From Verrucomicrobiota bacterium (GTDB lineage Bacteria > Verrucomicrobiota > Verrucomicrobiia > Limisphaerales > Palsa-1400): DNA of 64,000 nucleotides. The notes beneath the pieces are model-generated. The model worked only from the letters and a program-made list of their open reading frames with translations, was not told the origin of the DNA and made no database searches. The position numbers and the translations under genes are program-made. Positions 1 to 7,538 of the stretch are shown here, in pieces (position 1 is the stretch's first letter; every line of letters starts with the position of its first letter). Location of the stretch: NCBI GenBank assembly GCA_049510745.1, contig JBEKYR010000011.1, positions 64,001 to 128,000 on the forward strand, written 5' to 3'.

Positions 1-2
1 CA

Positions 3-278
3 GCGGCCACGGCGCTGACCAACGTCACAGCCGCGATCACCGCGTTGGCCACGGATCGTGCCAATGTCGGCGCGAACGAAGAAACGTTGACCTATACAGG
101 CGACGAATTGGGCGTGCTCGCGGATAACCTGACCGCTGCCAGCAGCAACCTCACGGATGTTGACGTGGCGACGGAGAGCACCAAGTACGCCGCATATCAA
201 ATCCTCGTGCAGTCCGGCACGTCGATGTTGGCCCAGGCCAACCAAAACCCTCAGTCCGTGCTCAAACTCCTGCAATAA
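3..278 (+). CDS. fliC: Flagellin, C-terminal part (gene starts before the window)
   Basis: RANVGA...NLTAASSNLTDVDVATESTKYAAYQILVQSGTSMLAQANQNPQSVLKLLQ is the conserved flagellin C-terminal D0/D1 region; directly upstream of fliD. Confidence 0.95.
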   Translation, partial: AATALTNVTAAITALATDRANVGANEETLTYTGDELGVLADNLTAASSNLTDVDVATESTKYAAYQILVQSGTSMLAQANQNPQSVLKLLQ

Positions 279-314
279 GGAGAGTGGGCACTACTGGTTC
301 GGTTTGACACACAC

Positions 315-340
315 CTCGGGCGGCCTTTGGGCCGCCCGAG
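315..340 (+). terminator. GC-rich hairpin after the flagellin gene (terminator or mRNA-stabilising stem)
   Basis: CTCGGGCGGCC-TTTG-GGCCGCCCGAG, perfect 11-bp stem; no strong U-tract. Confidence 0.5.
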
Positions 341-409
341 TGAAACATTTTAAGAGACCTGAATTGATCCGAGAAACTTGAACGCAAGCGAAAGATAGAG
401 CAAAAGACT

Positions 410-2236
410 ATGTCAGCCGTCAGTTCCAGCAGCAGCAGCCTCGCCATGTCCGGTTTGGCCTCGGGCATCAATTGGATCAACATCATCAACGACATGGTGG
501 CGGCGGAATCGGCCCCGATTACCAAAATGCAAGCCCAGCAGACCACCATCAATTCGCAGAATTCCGCCTATCAAACCATTGGCACCGATCTGACCAATCT
601 GCAAAAGGACGTCACCACGCTCTCCTCGCCCGACTTTTTCCTGAGCGCCACCACTTCCAGTTCCGACTCCACCGTGGCCACCGCCACTTCCCAATCAGGG
701 ACCCCTCTGGGCACTTATACTTTCGCGGTCTCCCAACTGGCCACTGCCACCGTCCAAAACGGCTCCACTGTTTCCGCCCAACCCATCAGCTCCACCAGCG
801 ATGTCTCCAATGTGGATTTGGACAGCACCGCCTTCGCCGACCCGATTACTGCCGGAACCTTCACCGTCAACGGCCAGACCATCACCGTCGCCGCCAGCGA
901 CAGTTTGCAGTCCGTGTTCACCCAGATCTACAACGCCACGGGCGGGGCGGTCACGGCCAGTTACGATCCCTCCACCGACGGGATCGAGCTTTCGAGCAGT
1001 TCGCCCATCACCCTGGGCAGCAGCGCCGACACCAGCAATTTTCTCCAGGCCACCCAACTCTATACCAACGGCACCGGCACCGTGACCAGCCTCAACGCCC
1101 TGGCTGGCATCGATCTCAATGCCGTTGCCAGCCAATCCAATCTGGCCAAAGCCATCAACGACGGCGGCAATGGGAAGGGAGCGTTCCAGATCAACGGCGT
1201 GACCATTAATTTTGACGCTTCCACCGACAGCGTCAACGACATTTTGCAGTCGATCAATAATTCCGCCGCGGGCGTGACGGCCACTTACGACGGAGCCAAC
1301 AGTCGTTTCGTCCTGACCAACAACAACACCGGCAATACAGGCATGACCTTGAAGGACGTGACCGGCAATTTCCTGGCCGCCACCGGCCTTTCCAGCGGCA
1401 CCCCGCAGGCCGGAGTGAATTTGCAGTACAGCATCAATGGCGGCAAAACGATGACCAGTGAAAGCAACACCGTCGATGCTTCCTCCATCGGACTGACCGG
1501 CTTGTCCATCACCGCGCTGTCCCAAGGCTCGGCCAGCATCACCGTCAGCCCGGACACCAGCACCATCGCCACCGCCATCACCAGTTTTGTCAACGATTAC
1601 AACACCGTCCAGAACTACATCGGCTCCCAAACGACGGTCTCGACCACCACCTCCAGCACGACCGGTTCGACCGACTCGACCACCACGACGACCGCCACGC
1701 CGGGCCTTTTGATGGGGGATATGGACGCCGAAGGGATCGCAACCAATCTGCGCCAAGTGGTCGATGCCTCCCCGCTGTCAGGCCTGGTCAAAAATCTGAA
1801 CGACATCGGCATCACTTCCAACGGCACCGATAACACCTTGTCCACGAATTCCATTATCTTGAACGGCTCGCTGGCCAATAATCTGAGCCAAGTCAGCCAA
1901 TTGTTCACCGATTCGACCTCCGGCTTGGCCACAAAGCTCGGCAGTTACCTCACCGACACCCTGGGCGGCAGCGGCGTCGTCAAGACCAAGGAACAGAGTC
2001 TGACCAGCCAGTCCACCAGCATCAGCAACAGCATCACCACTCTTCAGCAGAAGATCACCAACGACGAAACACAGATGCAGAACGAGTTCGTGCTGATGGA
2101 AGACGCCATCAATTCGATCAACGTCTCCAAGGAATACCTCGACGCCTATTTTAACACCAGCGCCAGCGCCACCACCACCTCGGCGCCCGTCAACCAGAAT
2201 TCGTCCTCCAGTTCGTCCACCTCCTCAACGAGCTGA
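410..2236 (+). CDS. fliD: Flagellar filament cap protein (hook-associated protein 2)
   Basis: N-terminal SGLASGINW..II..M...E..PI..MQ, V.QLATA, and C-terminal I..FV.DYN / L.DIGI / coiled tail; next to flagellin. Confidence 0.93.
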   Translation: MSAVSSSSSSLAMSGLASGINWINIINDMVAAESAPITKMQAQQTTINSQNSAYQTIGTDLTNLQKDVTTLSSPDFFLSATTSSSDSTVATATSQSGTPLGTYTFAVSQLATATVQNGSTVSAQPISSTSDVSNVDLDSTAFADPITAGTFTVNGQTITVAASDSLQSVFTQIYNATGGAVTASYDPSTDGIELSSSSPITLGSSADTSNFLQATQLYTNGTGTVTSLNALAGIDLNAVASQSNLAKAINDGGNGKGAFQINGVTINFDASTDSVNDILQSINNSAAGVTATYDGANSRFVLTNNNTGNTGMTLKDVTGNFLAATGLSSGTPQAGVNLQYSINGGKTMTSESNTVDASSIGLTGLSITALSQGSASITVSPDTSTIATAITSFVNDYNTVQNYIGSQTTVSTTTSSTTGSTDSTTTTTATPGLLMGDMDAEGIATNLRQVVDASPLSGLVKNLNDIGITSNGTDNTLSTNSIILNGSLANNLSQVSQLFTDSTSGLATKLGSYLTDTLGGSGVVKTKEQSLTSQSTSISNSITTLQQKITNDETQMQNEFVLMEDAINSINVSKEYLDAYFNTSASATTTSAPVNQNSSSSSSTSSTS

Positions 2237-2336
2237 TCCGCCCCGCGCCCAGCCGGCTGGCCGCTCGTTTTTCCTTGCCAAATGGCGGGGAGAAATCATG
2301 CTGGCGGTCGTGAAGTCTCCAACAAAAGGTCTGACC

Positions 2337-3566
2337 ATGAAAAATGCGACACGCTTTGTTTTGTTCAGTTCGACTCTGGCTCTGCTCCTCACCGCCCTCA
2401 GCGCGCCGGCCCAGGATTGGCCGCAGTGGCGCGGCCCAAACCGCGACGACAAGGTTTCCGGTTTCACGCCCCCAAAAACCTGGCCCCAGCAGTTCAATCA
2501 AAAATGGAAGGTCACCGTCGGCAAGAGCGACGCCTCCCCCGCCCTGGTCGGCGGCAAATTGTTCGTTTTTTCCCGGCAGGAAGACGACGAAGTCATCCAA
2601 TGCCTGGACGCCGCCACCGGCGCGGCCCTTTGGAGCAACAAATACGAGGCCCTGGCGCCGACAGGCCCGGCGGGCAGGCACGCCGGCCCGCGCAGTTCGC
2701 CCGCCGTTGCCGAAGGCAAGGTCGTCACCCTCGGCGTCCGCGGCGTGCTCTCCTGCCTGGAGGCCGATTCCGGCAAATTGCTCTGGCGCAAGGATGAGGT
2801 TCACGGCTGGCCCGACTTTTTCACCGCCGTGTCGCCCCTCGTGCTTAACGGCCTTTGCATCGCCCAGCTCGGCGGCAAGTCCAACGGCGTCGTCGCCGCC
2901 TACGATCTGGCCACCGGCGCGGAAAAATGGAAATGGCCCGGCGACGGCCCCGCTTACGCCTCGCCCGTGCTCATGCAGGTCGGCGACGCCAAATTGATTG
3001 TCACGCAAACTGACAAACGAGTCGTCGCCCTCAACCTCAGCGACGGCAAGCTGGCCTGGGAAACGCCCTTCGCGCCGCAGGGCATGGGCGCGGCCAACGC
3101 CGCCACGCCGATCATCGACGGCCAAACCCTCATCTACACCGGCACGGGGCGGGGAACAGTCGCGGTCAAATTGGAGAAACAGGGCGATTCTTTCACCGCC
3201 ACTCCCCTTTGGAGCAATTCCGACAATTCGCCCCGTTTTTCCACGCCCGTGCTCAAGAACGGCCTGCTCTTCGGCCTCTCGCAAGACGGCAACTTCTATT
3301 GCCTCAACGCCCAAACCGGCAAGACCGCCTGGACCGAAGCTGGCGCCAAGCGCGGCGCTTTCGGCTCCATCCTCGACGCCGGCTCTGTCTTGGTGGCATT
3401 GACCCCCAAGGCGCATTTGATCGCCTTCCAACCGGACGACAAGGCCTACGCCGAAGTGGCCAGCGTCAAAGTGGCGGAGACCGAAATCTACTCGCATCCG
3501 GTACTGGCGGGAAACCGCGTGTTTGTGGAAGACCAGGATTCCGTGACGCTCTGGACGCTGGATTAG
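2337..3566 (+). CDS. Secreted PQQ-binding-like (BamB-type) beta-propeller protein
   Basis: Signal peptide, DWPQWRGPNRD motif, repeated C/A-L-D-A.TG...W blades. Confidence 0.88.
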   Translation: MKNATRFVLFSSTLALLLTALSAPAQDWPQWRGPNRDDKVSGFTPPKTWPQQFNQKWKVTVGKSDASPALVGGKLFVFSRQEDDEVIQCLDAATGAALWSNKYEALAPTGPAGRHAGPRSSPAVAEGKVVTLGVRGVLSCLEADSGKLLWRKDEVHGWPDFFTAVSPLVLNGLCIAQLGGKSNGVVAAYDLATGAEKWKWPGDGPAYASPVLMQVGDAKLIVTQTDKRVVALNLSDGKLAWETPFAPQGMGAANAATPIIDGQTLIYTGTGRGTVAVKLEKQGDSFTATPLWSNSDNSPRFSTPVLKNGLLFGLSQDGNFYCLNAQTGKTAWTEAGAKRGAFGSILDAGSVLVALTPKAHLIAFQPDDKAYAEVASVKVAETEIYSHPVLAGNRVFVEDQDSVTLWTLD

Positions 3567-3570
3567 TCGG

Positions 3571-5028
3571 TCAAGAGTGCGGCTGGCGCGGCAGGCGGCC
3601 TATCCAGATGGCCCCGGCGGCATGATGCCATTCCAGCGGCGGCAATCTCGGTTCGGTCACGCTGGTGATCTCCAACCGGTCCTGCGGACGCATCTTGTCC
3701 ACCCAGGGCCGATAGGCTTCCCACGCATACCGGTTCCACTGAATGTTGCGGTAAATCTTCAGGTCCGCTTCGGGCATGATGGCCGATTCATAACCGAGGA
3801 TATAGCGCCAGTCGCCCTGAGGGTTCTTGTAAAACGTGTTGAAGAAAAATGAAAAATCGGCGCCGTAGAAAATGCCGTCGTGGTCGGGCATCCAGCCTTG
3901 CATGTCGGGTTGGCTGCCGTCCACAACCGCCTCGTGCAGGGTGGAGGTGTAGCGGCTGTCGAGGTCGCTGGTCGTATCAAGAAAGAGCGCCAGGGAAACC
4001 ATGCCGCAAACCGCCAGGCGCCGCGCCGGCCAGTCCGACCACGCCTCTTGGATTCCCTCATCGAATTGCGTCGCCAGCCACGCCAGGCCCGCCGCCAATC
4101 CCCAGTCGGCCCAGAACCGCCCCGCTTTCAGCGCCAGCACCCAGCAGACGGCCATCATCCAGAACACCGGCGATCCGAAAAGGTCCGGCCCGCCTTTGCC
4201 GCGCTGTCGGCGCCAGAGCCAGACGAATCCCAGCACCAGCAGGGCGCTGAATTCCCCGTCGCTGGGCTGGAGTTCGCCCACCAGCGACTCGGCGGGCACC
4301 CCGCCCCGCGAAAGCGCCCCCGCCCAAACCAGGTTCTGCTGCAAGAACTCGATGGGCCGGCCCGTCAACACCGCGCCCAGGAGCGTCCCGGCCACCCAGC
4401 AAACCGTCAAACCTATTGTTGCCCGCCGCCAGCCCGCCAGAAAAAACGCCGCCAGGAGCAGGCCGTATAAATACCATGTCCCGTGCATCCACGTGGCCAG
4501 CGCGAAACCCGCCGTGCTCCCGGCGAGTTTCCACCACGACGGCTTTTCGTCCCGCTCGCGGGACCAGGCCAGGAGCAGGCACAGCAGAACACATTCGCTG
4601 ATTAAAAACGGGCGGCCTTGCATCCAGCGCGGCATCAATCCCGGCAGCGGGACGGTGAAGGCGAGCAAGGCGGCCAGCCAGGCCTCCGGGTGGCGCAGCC
4701 AAGGCAGCCCGGCCCCCAGAATCAGCAGCAACAAGCCGCCCGCTGAAAAGACCATCAGCCCGTCCTCGTCCAGCCCGGTCGCGCGATGCAGGCGGCGCAG
4801 CCACCATTCCCAGCCCGGACTGAAATCCATGTGATAGGTCGGGCCGAGCACCAGGATTTGCGGATACTCCTTATCAGTCACCGCCTTGGCCACGTAGCGC
4901 CGGGCGTCTCCGATGGGCACGAACCCATAGCCGAGGACTTTGAGCACGATGCCCAGGCAGGCCGCCACGACCATCAGCCACGCCAGCAGGGGAGCGTAGC
5001 GTTGGAGCAGACCGGAGCCGTTATTCAT
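3571..5028 (-). CDS. Polytopic membrane protein, possibly a GT-C-fold glycosyltransferase
   Basis: 485 aa, about 10 hydrophobic segments, conserved-looking loop after TM1 (GD.RRY..K), RP motif, soluble C-terminal tail; family assignment is tentative. Confidence 0.5.
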   Translation of the reverse strand: MNNGSGLLQRYAPLLAWLMVVAACLGIVLKVLGYGFVPIGDARRYVAKAVTDKEYPQILVLGPTYHMDFSPGWEWWLRRLHRATGLDEDGLMVFSAGGLLLLILGAGLPWLRHPEAWLAALLAFTVPLPGLMPRWMQGRPFLISECVLLCLLLAWSRERDEKPSWWKLAGSTAGFALATWMHGTWYLYGLLLAAFFLAGWRRATIGLTVCWVAGTLLGAVLTGRPIEFLQQNLVWAGALSRGGVPAESLVGELQPSDGEFSALLVLGFVWLWRRQRGKGGPDLFGSPVFWMMAVCWVLALKAGRFWADWGLAAGLAWLATQFDEGIQEAWSDWPARRLAVCGMVSLALFLDTTSDLDSRYTSTLHEAVVDGSQPDMQGWMPDHDGIFYGADFSFFFNTFYKNPQGDWRYILGYESAIMPEADLKIYRNIQWNRYAWEAYRPWVDKMRPQDRLEITSVTEPRLPPLEWHHAAGAIWIGRLPRQPHS

Positions 5029-5094
5029 CCACTGTGGTTATGCCGCCCCCCGCCCCGCCGTCAAGCCCAGAAACCAGCCTTCTCGCGCAGAGGC

Positions 5095-5146
5095 GCGGAG
5101 GGCGCAGAGAAAAACTGTTTTCTTGCTCCGTCTCTGCGCCCTCCGC
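5095..5146. repeat. REP-like palindrome, perfect 16-bp arms
   Basis: GCGGAGGGCGCAGAGA (5095-5110) pairs with TCTCTGCGCCCTCCGC (5131-5146). Confidence 0.85.
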
Positions 5147-5186
5147 ACTGCAATATGCACGAATCATTCATTTTCGGAAAGATTTC

Positions 5187-5254
5187 CAACCACGGATTTC
5201 ACGGATGGAAAACCCGCCGCTTCTTATCCGTGACATCCGTGAAATCCGTGGTTG
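5187..5254. repeat. REP-like palindrome, perfect 21-bp arms with internal CACGGAT units
   Basis: CAACCACGGATTTCACGGATG (5187-5207) pairs with CATCCGTGAAATCCGTGGTTG (5234-5254). Confidence 0.88.
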
Positions 5255-5406
5255 CATTTCTTTGGTCGCGGCTGGCCGCGCTTTGCCTCTGCGCGAGTAT
5301 TCCCACTCGGAGCGTTTTCACGCAGCGGGAACGCTTCATTCCCTGATCAACACAAGACGAGGAAATTTGTCCCGCACCCTTTGCCTGCGGAAGGCAGAAT
5401 TCTTGG

Positions 5407-5434
5407 TTGACAAGTCAGGGGAAAGCCCCACAAT
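5407..5434 (+). promoter_or_regulatory. Sigma70-type promoter facing the low-GC cassette
   Basis: TTGACA-16 nt-CACAAT. Confidence 0.55.
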
Positions 5435-5588
5435 CCCTTCCGCAGTTAAAAACTGATCCAAGCCCGTGACGGGTTCTGTCAGTGGCATTTTTCGACCCCG
5501 CCGGGGGCTGAGGAAAGGTGGAAATGAAGCAGACGGATTTGTGGCGTGACAGAGTGGCGAAGGCTGCGCGATGCCGAAAGAAAGCGAT

Positions 5589-5608
5589 AATATGCGATTA
5601 TGCGGGAC
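5589..5608. repeat. Left 20-bp inverted repeat of the low-GC cassette
   Basis: AATATGCGATTATGCGGGAC matches the reverse complement of 6331-6350 at 19/20 positions. Confidence 0.85.
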
Positions 5609-5673
5609 CCGTTTACGTTTGTGGCGAGATTGATTTATATAAATCACTGCAACAACTCTTACCGTTCATTACT

Positions 5674-5952
5674 ATGTCCAACCCAACCCGGAATCGTTCT
5701 TGGATAGCCTATTTTTCCGTAGGTGTCGTGCTGGTCCTAATGGGTTTGACATGGCTGTCAAGCTATCTGCGAAGCGGTTCATTTGTTACTATTATGAACT
5801 CATTGAGGATTGTCCATGAAGGAGCAGAAGCCGTCGTTCTAATTGCAATGGCGTTCTCATTTGGAACACTTCTCCTCGTTTTAGCGAGACGATTGTTCTG
5901 TCGAATCGACGAAGAAAGGAAAGAGAGAAGCACAGATGCAAAACATCTTTGA
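5674..5952 (+). CDS. Small hypothetical membrane protein (2 TM), low GC; frame is open back to ATG 5524
   Basis: Two hydrophobic stretches, AT-rich codons, overlaps the next gene. Confidence 0.55.
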   Translation: MSNPTRNRSWIAYFSVGVVLVLMGLTWLSSYLRSGSFVTIMNSLRIVHEGAEAVVLIAMAFSFGTLLLVLARRLFCRIDEERKERSTDAKHL

Positions 5953-6319
5953 TTCGCGTTACGGCTACGTATTCATAACACTTATCTTATATATGGCTAG
6001 CTGGGCGATGGCGTCTGGGATTTCGACCGCGGCGCTTGTAGTAGTGAGGAGACGTCCTGAGGAAGACCTTACTCCGCACTGGCTCAATGGGCTGGGAGGA
6101 ACACGCCTCGCATATTGTGCCAGTGCGGTTTGTATATCTTCATCTGTCTCTCAACTTATTTGGGGTATTGTTTATCTGAAATGGTATATACTTGTGATCG
6201 CGGGGTTTTTTGGTCTAGGAGGTTCAGGTCCTCTGCTAACTTACTCTTCTACTGCCAATTTAATTAGGCTCGGGCCGCCGCTTTTAGTTCTAATAAACGC
6301 AATCCTTTGGAGTTTATAG
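5936..6319 (+). CDS. Small hypothetical membrane protein (3-4 TM), low GC
   Basis: 127 aa, hydrophobic, AG-rich RBS-like stretch upstream, ends 11 nt before the right inverted repeat. Confidence 0.65.
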   Translation: MQNIFDSRYGYVFITLILYMASWAMASGISTAALVVVRRRPEEDLTPHWLNGLGGTRLAYCASAVCISSSVSQLIWGIVYLKWYILVIAGFFGLGGSGPLLTYSSTANLIRLGPPLLVLINAILWSL

Positions 6320-6330
6320 TGAACGGGTCA

Positions 6331-6350
6331 GTCCCGCATAATCACATATT
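6331..6350. repeat. Right 20-bp inverted repeat of the low-GC cassette
   Basis: GTCCCGCATAATCACATATT; GC content returns to host level just after it. Confidence 0.85.
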
Positions 6351-6400
6351 TCATTGACATCACGGCTTTTCCGGGGCGGTCTATCCCGTCAGGTATTCCC

Positions 6401-7441
6401 TCAATACCCATTGACCACGTCGATTAACTGCCGCAGGCGGCCGTATTGGCGGCGGTCGAATCCGAAGGCGATGCGCGGCAGGTCCACCTGGTCGTTGTCC
6501 TCCCGCTCTTCCGGGGTCGCTTCGATGGCCCGGAATTTCTCGCCGAGGATGATCCCCTCGAAGTCGTCGTTGAGCGCGTCGATGGCGGATTGCGAGGGCG
6601 CGTGTTTGAGGCGCAGGACGAGCAAATCCTTCACCATCCGGCTGGAATGGTAGTTGCGGTAAAAGCGGGTGATGATGCGGACGGCGTGGGTGGCGTTGTC
6701 GGCAATCTGATAGAGGCGCAAATCATCGGGTGAAATCAATTGCGCGCGTAGGAGGTGTTCGCGGACGTTCTTGTCCCAAGTTTTCCAATAGGTGCCTCCG
6801 GGGCGGTCGAGCAGCACGAGCGGGACCAGGCGCCCTTTGCCCGTTTGCATGAGGGTCAGGGCCTCGAACCCCTCGTCCATGGTTCCGAAGCCGCCCGGGA
6901 ACAGCACAATGGCGTCGGAATGGCGGATGAAGGTGAGCTTGCGGGTGAAGAAGTATTTGAAGGAAATGAGCTTGTTGTTCTTGTCAATAATCGGGTTGGC
7001 GGCTTGTTCGGAGGGCAGTTCGATGTTGGCGCCGAAACTCATCTCCGGCCCCGCTCCCTCGTGGCCCGCCTGCATGATGCCCGGCCCGGCGCCGGTGATG
7101 ACCATGAAGCCCTCGGCGGAAATTCTGCGCGCGAAATCCACCGCCTCCAGGTACTCCTGGCGCGTGGGCAGCGTGCGGGCGGAGCCGAAGATGGTCACTT
7201 TCGGCTTGTCGTCGTAGGGGGCGAAGAGCCGGAAGGCGTGGCGCAGTTCCCGCACGGCGCCGCGGATGATGCGGGTGTCGCCGCGGTCTTTCACGTCGGT
7301 CAACAGCTTGAGGGCGTTGATCATGATGTCTTCGACCAAATCCGCGTTATGGCCCCCGCCCTTGTCCGCGATCAATTCCTGGATGCGCCGGCGAATCACC
7401 GGGTCAATCTGGCTTTTTTCCGACTTTTCCACGTTGGGCAA
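6401..7441 (-). CDS. LOG family protein (TIGR00730 Rossmann fold) with N- and C-terminal extensions; start may be GTG 7432
   Basis: VTIFGSAR, ITGAGPGIM, FKYFFTRK, PGGFGTMDE motifs. Confidence 0.9.
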   Translation of the reverse strand: MPNVEKSEKSQIDPVIRRRIQELIADKGGGHNADLVEDIMINALKLLTDVKDRGDTRIIRGAVRELRHAFRLFAPYDDKPKVTIFGSARTLPTRQEYLEAVDFARRISAEGFMVITGAGPGIMQAGHEGAGPEMSFGANIELPSEQAANPIIDKNNKLISFKYFFTRKLTFIRHSDAIVLFPGGFGTMDEGFEALTLMQTGKGRLVPLVLLDRPGGTYWKTWDKNVREHLLRAQLISPDDLRLYQIADNATHAVRIITRFYRNYHSSRMVKDLLVLRLKHAPSQSAIDALNDDFEGIILGEKFRAIEATPEEREDNDQVDLPRIAFGFDRRQYGRLRQLIDVVNGY

Positions 7442-7538
7442 CTATGCCGTTGCGCCCGCCGTGCAACAAGCCTTAATCTGGCGGCAGGCCAGGAGCGGAT
7501 TGCCCCCAAATCCATCCGGCCATAAAGTAGCGTGCTGA

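Noticed and set aside
345..378. Sigma28 promoter for fliD (TTAAG...TCCGAGAA)
   Set aside because: Both boxes and the spacing deviate from TAAA-N15-GCCGATAA; too weak to call.
5440..5520. Known riboswitch (c-di-AMP, ZTP, cobalamin, TPP)
   Set aside because: The conserved core motifs of these classes are not present; kept only as an unassigned structured leader.
5600..6350. Integron cassettes with attC sites (also considered for 14206-14781)
   Set aside because: No RYYYAAC...GTTRRRY paired structure after the genes and no intI.
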